A program made the translations under genes and the position numbers. This document shows positions 12,441-24,550 of a stretch of DNA of 63,075 nt, piece by piece. The stretch is from assembly GCA_010909165.1 (NCBI GenBank), contig MU008158.1:3543897-3606971 (forward strand), written 5' to 3'. Each line of letters begins with the position of its first letter. Positions within the stretch are counted from its first letter, which is position 1. Source of the stretch: Anthoceros angustus. Its lineage: Eukaryota > Plantae > Anthocerotophyta. A model generated the notes under the pieces. It searched no databases, was not told the DNA's origin, and worked only from the letters and a program-made list of their open reading frames with translations.

Positions 12441-13658
12441 AAGGGGGTGCCCACATGCTTCTTCCCACCCAGGTTAGGATTCGCTACAGATCCCAAAACA
12501 AGGTTGTGTCGTGAAGCATGAAAAGTGTGGGATTCCCGGTGTCCCGAGTATGAGCTTGTCCCGGGGCAACTCCACCAATCTTAGCTGTGAGGACTATGGG
12601 ACTGCCTTGTCCCATAGAGACGATCTGTGGGGCTGCCAGTCCCATGGTTGGGAGGCCCCCGATCGGCCCATGGCCATGCCATATCCCATGGCTGGGACAG
12701 TCCTGGTTGCAGCTCCCTTGCCTCCTGTTACCAGCCCACTTATCGTCGACCCGATTCGAGTCTTTGTCTTTGAGTGGGCCAAAGTTTTGGCAGTCTTGAG
12801 TATGAGTCCCTGGGGGATTACCTGCTGGTCTTCTTGCACGCCCTCCTGAGGGGCAAGAGAGCATACTGGGGGCGAATTATCTTCGCCCAGATAGCCCATG
12901 AGGCTCGGAAGCTGCGCAACGAGCGGCCTCCTGAAGGAGGGTGAGGAGGAACGACCCTCCGATGGGGGCTGGCCACCCTACTGGAGGGAGAGAGGGAGGG
13001 GGAAGCGCAGGACCCGGACAATAGACCGGTCGAAGGGACCAAGACACGGCGCACACAGGAGGAGGAAGACTAGGAGGGCATTCCGAATGCCATCCGCCTG
13101 GAACGGACTCCCTCCCCTCCAAGGGAAGTCTGGGAAGAAATCCCCGCTTCACTTCTCCTTGTGCCTCCAACGGAGCAGCAGTCCCCAGCGGCTACTATGA
13201 CGGGGATGGAGTTGGTACCAGTAGCTTCGGTGGCGACAAGGTCCGCTCCAGACCCTCCCGTCGAGCCCGACGGAGTAGGATGGAGGCGCGGTGGAAGAAG
13301 CAGGCGCCCAGCTCCACCGCCCCGGTGATGGCACCGGTGCCCTTGCCCATGACAGCGGAGTGGGCGGAGGCGAAGGCGGCCGTGCGACGAGCGAAGAGGG
13401 ACGCTGCCCAAGGTGCAAGAGGCCACTGGCAGCAGCCTCACCCGGAGCCGGTCCTCTCCCTACGAGGAGAGGAAGAGAGCCCGACTCGAACCCTTCACCC
13501 CCCGGACCCCAAGCGAAGGAGAGCGGAGAAGGTGGCAGCACGGGAAGAGGTGGACGGACACACCCGACTCGGGAGGCAGGACCTAGGGTCCTTATTGTGA
13601 GCACCCAACCCGGACTCGCTTGAGTGCGGTCTGTCCCTGACAGGGCCGGAGATACCTG

Positions 13659-14082
13659 CGCCCGGGCGGGGTTTTTTGGAGCATCACCGGCGGTGGCCGT
13701 GGAGGAGACACGGCGGGTCTTGGTGGCGTCGTGGGCGGCATGTTGTGGGGTCTCGTGGTACGCGGAGAAGACTCAGTGGAAGCCACCAAGACGAATCGTG
13801 GAACTCCGGGATCGAGGCGGCCCGAGGCGGCGGAGGAAGGCGGAATCCCTTGCGGATCAAGAAGGCGCCCGGGCGGGTTTTTGGAGCATCACCGGCGGTG
13901 GCCGTGGAGGAGACACGGCGGGTCTTGGTGGCCGTCGTGGACGGCATGTTGTGGGGTCTCTGTGGTACCGCAGAGAAGACTCAAGAAGTGGAAGCCACCC
14001 GAAGACGAATCGTGGAACTTGATCGAGGCGGCCAGCGGCAGGAGGAAGGCGGAATCCCTTGCGGATCAAGAAGGCGCCCGGG
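13659..14082. repeat. Tandem duplication, unit about 207 bp, within GC-rich TE-like sequence
   Basis: CGCCCGGGCGGGTTTTT(T)GGAGCATCACCGGCGGTGGCCGTGGAGGAGACACGGCGGGTC occurs at 13659 and 13866. Both units end GGAATCCCTTGCGGATCAAGAAGG. Confidence 0.9.
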
Positions 14083-14399
14083 CCAGGAAAGGGAGGCGAG
14101 GTCCGCCCAACAAGATAGGGCTCGGGTGCTTAATTTGTCGCACGATTGAAGCACGCCAGAGGCTCGACGCCAGCAGAGGACCCGAGCTAGCAAATGGGCG
14201 AGGGTGGCGGAAGGCGTCGGAGCGGAGGCGACTTGGTAGAAGCCGCACAAAGGGAGTAGAGCCAGGCTCTGGAGGCTCAGTTGAAGGGAGCCAAGGAAGC
14301 TGAGGCCACCGCCAAGACAGACCGGGACCACTACCGCAAGGGACCGGAACCGCTAGAGGGAGGCGGCTGGAGCAACCACAGCTCGCGCGAAGGAGGAGT

Positions 14400-15897
14400 A
14401 GGCGGCCGCATAACAAGCACGCACGGCCTATGGGGCAGAAATGGAGGAGCGGCTGGGGCAGCTAGGGGGCCTTCGGATGCAGCTCCAAGAACATGGATAT
14501 TGTGTTATTTTCCAGCCATCTAGGCATCAAACCTTGCAGATTTGGGCGTTTTTGCTCACCGGGTGGCTCCCTTTGCAGCGCTGAGGCATGATTCACGAAC
14601 CCCCAGTCAGCGCAAACTGTGCTGGCCCAGGAAACATCGAGATTTCTGCTGGTTGCGCAAGAAATCGCTTCTAGGAGCAGCTGCTCTCCCAGCATATTTT
14701 GTTCTTTGCAAGGGGGACCCTTTGAGGTCCACCTTGGTGAGCATGTTCCAGTGGACGATGATTTTTGCCACTGCCCTCACCCGTCGGTCCAGTAGGTCCG
14801 ACATCAACCATCCGTTGGAGAACCTCTGAGTTCCGGGCTTCAACAGCGCCACCTTGGCTGCCTCCAACCTCCCCTTCACCTTTAGGGGTTCTGGTACTAC
14901 GCCCCCAACCTCCCCAACCTCCTCTGCTGGGCGGCTGTACACCGCACGAAGGACCTCCACTGTCCATCGCCTCGGGTCCTCCCTCAAACTGATATCTTTT
15001 GGGCATACTCCCGGACCAGCGCCACGCTGTCGTAGGTCCAACCCGCCTGGAAGATGTCTAGGTGCCACTCCTGCACCAGCCCGCCCGCTTCGGCAAGCCA
15101 TGGGCCGTAGTCGGGGTAGCGCCTGGTTACTATGTTCCTCTCCACTAGGCGCCAGGGCTCCAAGACCTCTACCACTTTCTTGGGCCCCATGTGTGCTCGC
15201 CACTCGTTCTGCTACTGAGGTAGGGCGGGCTACGATGCTCTCCGCTGTGCTCCTGAACCTCGGAGAAATTGACTCGCCGGAAGGAGCCGAAGGTCACCGG
15301 GCGTTGCGCTCGAACCTCAGAAGAGAAATTGCCAAAGAGCGGGGTGCCTGAGTGCAAGTGACTGCGAGAACTGCCAAGAAGTCATCTGAGAAGATGACCT
15401 TCTCTCAGAGTGGGGCGTCGGGCGTAATCGATGCGCGAGAAGGTGTCCTTTCGCTGCCAGTAACTGCCAGAGTCCTGCATCGTGTACTGCAACTTCACGC
15501 CCGCCACCTTCTTGGCGCATGTCCTTGGGTCGTGGTTACCTGCCTATAATGGCCGCTAACAACTTTGCGGTCCTGGTCCGCTGCATGTCTGTCATCCACT
15601 TGGCACTGTCCGCGTGTCTTGCTTGCCAAATTACGCTCCATGCCCGCTTCCCGATCACTCTTTCCATTGGACTTTACTTTAGTCTGCTCCGGAGTTCGTC
15701 TGGAGTCGCTCGGAGTTCCTGACATTGTTCAGCGAGGCCCCTTCCTTATGTCTTCCCCATCCCTCGCGATCCGGTCCGTTCAGCCTTATTTTCTTCCTCT
15801 ACCGCCTTATTCCTCACACCAAACACCCAAAAAAAAAACACAAACAACTCCTATTACCTTCCTAAGGGGGAGTCTACCGTTCTTCCCTTGTCCATAA
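14400..15897 (-). mobile_element. Third copy of the GC-rich repeat family with unknown ORF
   Basis: ORF 14984-15190 MGPKKVVEVLEPWRLVERNIVTRRYPDYGPWLAE continues after a frameshift (WTVEVLRAVY...FSNGW...). The left boundary is approximate. Confidence 0.55.
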
Positions 15898-15917
15898 TCG
15901 TTCTTAATTAAAAAAGA

Positions 15918-17328
15918 GTGCTACCCAAAGTGCTCTATTTGCAGCTTGACAACACTTGCCGGGAAAACAAGAACCAGCTGCTGTTTGCGTATTTGAACAT
16001 GCTGGTTGATATGGGGACATTTCAAAAGGTGAAGGTGGGGTTCCTCCTCGTTGGACACACTCACGATCAAATTGACCGGATGTTCTCGTGCTTTTCCAAA
16101 AGCTTGAAGCACAAGGAGGCCCACACTCTTCCCGCATTGTCGGACATTTTGGTTGATGCATATACGCCCACACCAGAGATCGAAGTTTTGAAGGAGGTCC
16201 CGGACTTCCAGTCATATGTATGGCCGATTAGACAAGGCGATGGTCGCCAGGCATATTCTTCGGCGGTAAGAAAATTGAACAACTTATCATTCCAGCACCA
16301 GTTTAGGATCACCAGAGAAGAGAAAGCAGATCGTGGGCTTGTGACAGTAATTAGGAGTAAGCAATATTCGACATCGATGTACTGGAAAACCGAAGCCGGT
16401 TTGAAGTTTTTGAAAATTGTCCCCTCCAACGATATAACATTTGCACGGCTGACGGCCCTGCGGGCTCGAGACAAGAAAGGGACGTCGGCAGGGTTATCTT
16501 CGACGGAGGGAGTGGCACATTTGAAAGAGGGTCTTTCGGAGTTGCGGCCAGTAACTGGGGAAGATTATAGATGCTGGGAAGCATTCTGGGTGGACCAAGA
16601 AGAAATCGCAGTTATCGTAGAGAACAATATTGGGCTCGCACTAGAAGAACCGTGGAAATGGTTCTCCCGGACAGAATCGGAAGAAACTGCACAACCACTC
16701 AAAGTTCCCGATGAAGCTATCCTTGAGGAGGCCTTGCTAAGAGAACTCCCCCAAAGGGATATGTACTTGGGGGCTTACCAACATTTAGGAAGGCAGCAGC
16801 AGGAAATGGCACGTTTGAATGGAGATGTAAATGACATAAAGGAAGGGATGTTCTTTGCAATCCCTTGCACCACCGATACGCATAACCGGCCTTTCTGGGT
16901 TGGAAAAGTTAATCAGGTGAGGTTGGATGCGGAAGAACCTCATTTCCTGGTTCACTGGTAGAGGACTGAGCACACAGATGCATATGAAGGCAGATACGTG
17001 GAAGAATATGTGATTCGAGTCCCATCCACTCAGAAAGTTACGATCGGAAGGAAAAAGGGTGGGAAGGCAAATTTCCCGAAGAATATTCAAGAAGTCTTCA
17101 TCAATAAAAATGTCATCCTGTATTATGGGTTCAGTTTGAATTCCCGTAAACATCTGTATGCCATTGACAAAAAGGCAATCAGGGATAAGTTGAATGAAAA
17201 TTCATTCAACCGCAATTTTGTGGGGCTTCATCGAGCCAGCCAGCCAAAGTGTAGCAGAAGACAGTGATGATGACGGTGACGACATCGGGCCCTTGGACGA
17301 GGAAGGTGTCAATTCGGGAGATGAGTGA
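15918..17328 (+). mobile_element. 5'-truncated DNA transposase pseudogene, DUF7869/Sola-like
   Basis: LYLQLDNTCRENKNQLLFAYL...FLLVGHTHDQIDRMFS matches the D-N-x-x-x-E-N-K-N...GHTHxxID transposase pattern. There is no ATG. The ORF has an in-frame TAG at 16959 and then an acidic tail. No TIRs were found, so the superfamily call is tentative. Confidence 0.65.
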
Positions 17329-18155
17329 AAAGGTTTATGAAGTGGAGGCGATCAACGTTTGAGATCGGTAGACAAGGGGTTTTGTAGAGTGACTATCCAC
17401 TTTTGGTGACCGCCATGTGTTAGGGTCAAAGTGGGGTGATCGTGTTAGTGATAGTGAATGATATTTTGGTACTATCCTCCGGTGAGTGGAAGATGAAAAA
17501 GTAGGAGTCACTTCTGTTGGAGTTAGTATGCATTGTCGGCGACATGGACATATGGGAGGGCGCCGGCTGGCCGGCGCCCTTCATTTTGAACCAACCTTCA
17601 AGAGAATGGAAACCCTTTTGCGCACCATTCCCAGTTACTGTGCATGTTGTTCGGCATACAGTATGTAAGCTCTCCGTGCCCACCTACAAATCCTCCATCA
17701 TGGGACCCCGAGAGTTGTGGGCGCCGGTGGGCCGGCGCCCAGAAGGCCCGTGCTTGACAAAAACGACACACTAAGGGTTCTAGGCAGACGTTTGGAAAAG
17801 AACCACCACTCTTTTGCACTGATGACTGTGAAGATTGCTTGGAATGTCGTGAGAAGACCTTGATTATTTAGACTGTTCCTTGACAATCCCGTTCCCCATT
17901 TGTCGTTCCGGGGACTGATGGTGAGCAAACATGGGTCGTGTTATGGCCAATTCTGATGAGCGGACTACGCTCCTCACCCTTTGTGTGATGCAGCCACTAC
18001 TCCGGACAACGATTCCATCCATTATCCACCCTTATTTTGAGGCTTTTTTGGAGCGATGTTGCCCAAAGCATTTGAATGCGACCCATCCCAAACCCCCTTC
18101 GAACCATATTTTGATGAAAACCTCCTTGGTGTTTATTAACCCCCTTCCATGTTTA

Positions 18156-20353
18156 TCACGTTTTGTGTTTGAGAAAATAGAGTTGGGTGTAGTGGCTGTA
18201 GTCATCCAGCAACACAAACATGTACAACTTGCCTGTCAAGGTAGCTGTCTGCATAGGGCCACAGAGATCAGCGTGCACCAATTCAAGGACACGTGATGTG
18301 TGTGTAAGGGATCGAGGATAGGGTTGGCTAGTGTGTTTGCCAACTACACAACCATGGCACAAAGGTAAAGCCCCCAACTTAGTTGGTAACCCTAAGACCA
18401 GATTTCTAGTACACATCCTCTGCATGGCCTGAATGTTCAAATGTGCCAAGCGCAATGTAGTACTAGCATCTGTATTAGAAGTTGCTAAACTGTGTGTGGT
18501 GTGTGCAGAACTTGATGTTTCAGGCAGGATGCCAGTAGCGACATAGAACAACTTCCCACTTGGAGGATAAAATAGCGTGATCTCCTTCCCTATGGAGTTT
18601 CTAAATGCTATGAAGCAACCTTTATGTGAGAAGGTAATTATGCTGGTTGGTGACTTAGTGGCCTGTGTGACTGACAACCAGTTGTGTGTCAGTGCAGGGA
18701 CATGTAATACGTCCTTAATTAGAGCAACATGGTTCTGGAGGTGCACTTTGACCACGCCCTTACCAACTGCCATGTGCGGAGAGTTATCTCCCATGTAGAC
18801 AGGCTAAGGTGCGGGTAAAGTGGTGTACTCTAAGAACCATTTCTCTCCTTGGAGACATGTGCTTTGTCGCTCCACTGTCAAGGAGCCACAAGTCTCGAGA
18901 AGGATTGTCAGAATTGAAACTTTCAGGCAAAGCAGTAAAGATATAGGAAGGTCCTTGGGCAGTGTTAACTAAAGCTGGTGCTGAATTAGGATTGTGAATC
19001 CCAGCAGCTTTGTCCCATTTCTTTTTCCTACAGTCAGGTGCTATGTGCCTTGGTTTTTGATAATAGTGACATGTCTTGTTCCTATGTGCAGGATTATTAG
19101 TAGGAAGAATCCGTTGGGGTCCTCCAGAAGTGGAAGCGAGGGGTCTGGGTTTCTAGCGCTTCGAATTTCTATTTCCAGCAATAAAGCGGAGGTACTCGCA
19201 GGAGTATTTGTAGCTGTGTTATCATGAGACTGTCTTAACCGAGCCTCATGCATAATTCTAGGAATGAGAGTTGTGAGTGATAAAGGATTACTAGGTGTGG
19301 TGCTATTTGATTGTGCAGAGATAAAAGGACCCCATGATGCAGGCAAAGCTCGCAACAAATGCATAACCTGGGTTTCATCATCCAAGGTCAGACCTGAGGA
19401 GATAAGAGCATCTAGAGAAGCTTGCCATGTTTCTAGAAAGTCTAAGACGAAATTTCCTTGTACTAGTTTAATTGAAAGTAATTGATCTTGTGTGTATAGT
19501 CTAAAAGCCATGCTCCCCTCTAGATATGTTGATTGAAGCTTGTCCCACATGGCTTTGGCTGTGTCAAGTCTCTTGATGATAGGTATTAACCTATCTACTA
19601 CATGTAGCAGGATGTTTGAACGAGCTTGAGCATCTTTCAGCAGCCATGCAGGTAGATCAACATGACCTGCTGCAGGAATAGCTTCAGAACTTGACACTAT
19701 AGGCCATGTGGAACTTCTCAAGAGGAGCATCTCAATGCGTGCTGACCAGGTGTGGTAGTTGACGCTTGTCAACTTGTCAATCTGATATGCCCTAGTGTTA
19801 GAGGGATTTGCCATGATTTCCTAAGCTATGTTGTTGCACTACTTAGGATCGGTTAGTAATAATGGCTATTTGAGCATAAATTTCTTTCAGGGAGGAGAAG
19901 ATGTCATGTTGTCTCCTATAGATTGTCTAATGAGTTTGTTTGTTGTTCTATGATGTAGAAGAATGACATCCATATATGTGAGACCAGGTGTTGAGGCATT
20001 TCTACAAGAACGTTGATGATTTGAGGATTTCAAACCGTCTGAAGGAGTTTTCCTTCTAGCATTTTGATGATGCTCTGTTCGGCATCGAGGACAGACTCTT
20101 TCCATATTGGAGTGTCTGTTTTAGATTCTACGTTTTAGATTCTACCCTGTGGCACGTTGTGCTCTGATACCATGTGCCTAATTGTCATGGGAGCACACAT
20201 GAGAAGACTCTTTCCAAATTGCAGAATGAGTGTGTTATTATTAGCATTGTTAGAAGACATCGAGGATGCCTATCTCGTGAAGAGGTCTGTCTGTTCATCG
20301 AATCGGTGTCAGTGTCTGTTCAGATTAAGCTTCATAACTAAACCACTTTCACA
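18156..20353 (-). mobile_element. Truncated Ty1/copia LTR retrotransposon (5' LTR, PBS, gag, protease, start of integrase)
   Basis: PBS TGGTATCAGAGC (tRNA-iMet) at 20161-20172(-), adjacent to a TG...CA LTR at about 20173-20353. Gag starts at 19814 (IDKLTSVNYHTWSARIEMLL). The protease motif WLLDSGATKHM lies near 18860-18890. GAG-pre-integrase and integrase read CHGCVVGKH...LELVHADLCGPM...LDDYS, cut off at about 18156. Confidence 0.9.
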
Positions 20354-22814
20354 CACTGCTGCGGTTACCCGCGGCAGCGCAGGCCCACTGCCAAGTTGTG
20401 TGCAAGGCCTGGCTTGCCCTGCCCTCCAATACAGAGTTTCTCCCGCAGAGCTTTCTCCGTGCACGGGCACCGGTTGCAGGGCCAACAAGCTGGTCATGAC
20501 TGAGTATGGCGATGGGCCTGTTGACCTGGAGGTATAAGGGGCTGGAGTTTCATACATACAATGTATGCAAGACATGGATTGTTTGGTCATGGCCCTTGCA
20601 GTTTAGGTCGTCCCAGATTCCAAATTGTTTTGAGCAACACCTATCCAGGACGAATCTACCATTTCGGAATATTCTGCTGAATGAAAATCAAAGTTGTGAT
20701 ACCACCATTTCTGTATCTGTGAGGTTCGTGCTCCAGTACTTTTTGCAGGGAGGGACGGGCAGCAGTTTGTTTCCACCAGGATTTCTTTCTGTTCTTCTTT
20801 TCTTCCAAAGGACGCAACCGTGAGCAAAAACGAGGGATCTGACAAGCTGGGGGTCTCCAGGCTCTCTCAATTCACCGAATTTCACTTCATTTCTGCGGTG
20901 TCGCTGCAAACGATAGGCAACAGTAGCAATGCTTGATAGACCTCGCGCTGTGTGTTATCTGACACCCTGTAAATGACCAATGCATGTGTTCAGGGAAGCT
21001 TGCTGCAAGACGAGCACGTTTCCGTGGCACTATGTCCAAGTTTCCCTTGCATCCTGAGAGGACAGTAGTCAAAATCCCATTCAGAAGCAACAAATAATTG
21101 CAAATTAAGCATGGTGCTCCACCCATTATTTATCTACCATCCCGTGGAGTGCAAATAACCTCAAGCCTTGCATACCTACCGTTGACAACCCTGGTATGTA
21201 CCTCACTATCTACAGCTCCTATGGCTACAAACTAGATTTACTATAAGCCATCATATACTGTAAAGGGTGCGCAGTCTGGGGGGCGCCAAGAGTACTCTGA
21301 CGTATTGCAGGCTAGGCAAACCAATTTGGAATAGTATGGATAAAGCTGAGCGTCTCCTACCTTCAACAAAGCTGGTCTGGACACAAATGGTTCACATGAA
21401 CACCAGGTTTGTGACAGAAAATGTATTCCCGTCCAGAAACAGGGAAACACATACACCTTTCTGATGATGCACGGGGAAACACCTACAGCCTGGGAGATGA
21501 AGTCCCCGAATACCTCAGCGAATGTAGATGAATCTGGCAATCAGAGGCCTTAGCAGTCAGCTACGGTGGATGATGCTGCCCTGTGGGTGGAGGATACCCC
21601 ATCACTGGAATGGCCCTCGGTTTGGCCAGGTTCACGATCCACAGCTAGGTGACTCCGAAGAGAGGACGAAAAGCTTATGGGAGGAAGGTCAGCGGTGGCT
21701 TCCTCATCCACCTCGTCCAGAATGGTGTGCTATCGAAGTCACTGACCACGCCAGAGCCCGCTTTTATTTACATTTGCGGAGTGGAATGTCGACCTCACTG
21801 ACATAAAGTTCAGCAGATATCCTAGGTGCCACATAAAATTAATGAAAGCAATGTGAACTAACTTGAACCTGGTAGGGGGTTCAGCCTGGGGCAGTGCAGT
21901 GCGTCAGAACTCATGACACTACAAGCCACACAGAATTTCATAAGGTGAAGTATCCTTGTGACTGACGGTTTACTTACATGATGTCGAGATATAACAAACT
22001 GCTCAGCCGAAAGAAATGTAGAATGCTGAATGTAAAAGGTGAGGCAGAAGTAACAAGTCATCAGTCGTTGATGCAGTGAACGATGTTCTGTGGATGGCTC
22101 GTGAGCCACCAGTGGACCAATGAAGGTGACGTTTTTCGGTCTTCAGGAGAACCATGTTGTAGTGAAGGTGCAGCTGTTCGTTAGGGTTGTGAGCAAAGGG
22201 ACAAAACCATTGTAGCCAAAACGAGTTCTTCGAAAACAAGGACGAAGCCAAAAAAACAAGGCCATAATGGCTTGTGGTTCAAGGGAGCATGAGTTCTGCA
22301 ACGTCCGACTCCATATGCCGAGCAGCCAGTCAGACAGCTTGGCATTGGAGAGGGAAGGAAGGAAGGAGAGATAATCAGAGCCATACTCAGAATCTTGAAG
22401 GCAGTTCTGATTCGATTCGAAAGGTAAAGAAGACCACAGTGCTGATGATATTCAAGACTTTCTGAACTGCAGGCAGTAGGTAGCATGTATGGGTCGTGGG
22501 AGGAACCAGCTGCTTGGGTGGCCTGGTTGCATCATCGTCACCATCTAAATCCAACTACTTAGTTCCTCCAGATAGTCTGCAAAGCCTGTCTTCGCTGTGT
22601 TTGTGACGATCACTAGTGCGAAAGGTGTGGACACATCTAGAGTGCAAGGTATTTGAAACTTCCACAACAGAACATCCAAAACTCTTTGCTCGGAAGAGGA
22701 CTTCAGGTCAGTTTGTTTTTTTTTTTTGGCGAAAGTTCAGGTCTGTTGTTTTCCAAGAACATGACGATCTGGGTAAGTTTGTTATGCCAGACTTGGTATC
22801 AGTAGGCTAACAAG

Positions 22815-24311
22815 TCAAGCTTGGACATGTCGAAGGGACGTGGCGTGAAGCAAAAATTCTGCATCAGACGACGCGTCGTAGGTGACCCATGGATTTTCAA
22901 CCTCTTGGTACGTGTATCCAAGCAGTTCATTACGAAGACCTTCGGCCACAGTCACTCTCACAATCTCCCCATCCTCATCGTAGAAAAAGAAAGCAGCATC
23001 CAGAAAGTCTGGCTCATCGTAGTTGCTCCTTCCCTCCAGTCCCTGCAACACACACAACGTCATCCGACATATATTCAGAACATTTGCTGTAAAGAAAGCA
23101 GGGCGTTTGCGCCAAGTGGTATCAACAAGCGGTGCAAATCGTTCAACAGAAAAGCTAGAAGTCCTTACCAACCACACATTCCACATTCTATCGACGTTTG
23201 CGTGATGCACGAAGAAGAGGGGGTCCCTGGGGCCGTGGTAGATCACACCCATGTCGGCATAGTACATAGAGCTATCTCCCGTCCAGAAATGCACGGCAAT
23301 GTGCGCCTGCAGCTCGAAAATGTCGTTCCAGCCTTCGGGGTGTGGGAGTTCCTCCCCATGGTGAATCGGGTAGGACAAGAAGGGGTGCCTCTCGCCGGTG
23401 GCAGTCCTTTCCACAATCAGGTTATGCAAATGCGCGTTGTTGATGGCGCGCTGTCTAGCCATCTCCTCGGGTGTGACCGCAGTTATAGTGCCTGCGGAAC
23501 GCACATCGTCCAGAATGAGGTTGACGACCGCAGGCGGAGCTCCAGGCTGGTGGCGGGCATCCCGATACTTGGAGTAGAGCCCGGGGTACTTGTCGGGATT
23601 CCGGAAGAAGAGGGGCATGGTGTTGGGAAGGTGCTCATAATCGGGACTCTGGTTGTCCCAGTTCCAGAAGGGCAGCGCAAAGTTGTCATCTCCCACCAGC
23701 TTGGCGAGGATCCTCTCGTAGAAGAAGGTGAACCTGCGCAGCAAGCTCTCAAATTCATCCCCAGCAGCTAGAAGGCCAACAAGCAAAAATCGGAGCAGCA
23801 GCAAATTGCAATGCTTGCAAACAAAAACAGAGTACCAGCGGTGAAATGGGAAGAATGTCCAGCTGTTGTGCACCAGGTAGAGGCGGTCGGTGAGGTTGGC
23901 CTGCTTGATCACTCCAGGCGAGCCATAGACGCAGTGCAGGTTCATGATGTTGAATTCGGAAATGGGGTTGGAATCCGGAAGCGCCTTGAGCCGCTGGTAC
24001 GCCAGGTCCAGCTGCCGCAGGTAGGTGTCGTTGTTGGCCACCAGATGCGCCGCCTGGCGCACCCTGGGCTGCTTGGGAAGCGGGTGCTTCTCCAAATACT
24101 GCTGCCACGTCTTGTACAGCGGCCTGGGCTTGCGCATGAGCGCCTCCAACTTGCAGCAATCCGGGTGCAGATTACCGTTCCTGTCGGGCCACGCCGGGTT
24201 GGGATTGCAGTTCCAGAAATCCGCCTCCAGCGGCGCGGCTGCCGCCCCGACGGCCATGGCCAAGAGCAGGAGCAGCAGGGTGGGCGTGCGCACCCTCGCC
24301 ATCGCGTCCAT
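22815..24311 (-). CDS. PPO: Polyphenol oxidase A, secreted short type (422 aa, 3 exons)
   Basis: Exons 24311-23836, 23733-23169 and 23042-22815; GT-AG introns of 102 and 126 bp. Signal peptide LLLLLLAMAVGAAA; CuA HCVYG...HNSWTFFPFHRW; ALPFWNWD; CuB ELQAHIAVHFW...DPLFFVHHANVDRMW; DWL-type domain PDFLDAAFFFYDE; YTY motif. Confidence 0.95.
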   Translation of the reverse strand: MDAMARVRTPTLLLLLLAMAVGAAAAPLEADFWNCNPNPAWPDRNGNLHPDCCKLEALMRKPRPLYKTWQQYLEKHPLPKQPRVRQAAHLVANNDTYLRQLDLAYQRLKALPDSNPISEFNIMNLHCVYGSPGVIKQANLTDRLYLVHNSWTFFPFHRWYSVFVCKHCNLLLLRFLLVGLLAAGDEFESLLRRFTFFYERILAKLVGDDNFALPFWNWDNQSPDYEHLPNTMPLFFRNPDKYPGLYSKYRDARHQPGAPPAVVNLILDDVRSAGTITAVTPEEMARQRAINNAHLHNLIVERTATGERHPFLSYPIHHGEELPHPEGWNDIFELQAHIAVHFWTGDSSMYYADMGVIYHGPRDPLFFVHHANVDRMWNVWLVRTSSFSVERFAPLVDTTWRKRPAFFTANVLNICRMTLCVLQGLEGRSNYDEPDFLDAAFFFYDEDGEIVRVTVAEGLRNELLGYTYQEVENPWVTYDASSDAEFLLHATSLRHVQA

Positions 24312-24550
24312 GCTGCTTCCCAGTCAAAGCTCCACTGTGAGCATTGAAGCTTGTTTATGCCAACTAGCTCCTCCTCCGATCAACAGCAATTCTCACGGGG
24401 CCTGCCTCAGCACACAGTCGTGTGACATTGTGCACTGCTGTGCGCCGCCTGGCACAATCGGAAGTAAAGTCCGCCATTGTCACTCGAGGGACCATGTTGC
24501 CCACATTATTGTTAGTGCTGCCTACCAGTCGTGATTCTTCACCACTCTCC

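Noticed and set aside
14595-14635. Hairpin resembling the Helitron 3' hairpin at 28270-28292
   Set aside because: There is no CTAG terminus at the expected distance, and it lies within another element's ORF.
20360-22600. Short ORFs, and CACTAGTG at 22611 as a possible CACTA end
   Set aside because: No partner TIR, TSD or transposase motif was found.
22821-23771. 316-aa plus-strand ORF, and similar long antisense ORFs over the other PPOs (e.g. 42188-43003, 60072-60875)
   Set aside because: These are shadow ORFs caused by the GC3-rich codon usage of the real gene on the opposite strand; they have no recognisable domain.
22815-24311. Single-exon 498-aa PPO as given in the ORF track
   Set aside because: The two inserts have GT-AG ends at intron positions shared by all paralogs; the spliced product is 422 aa.
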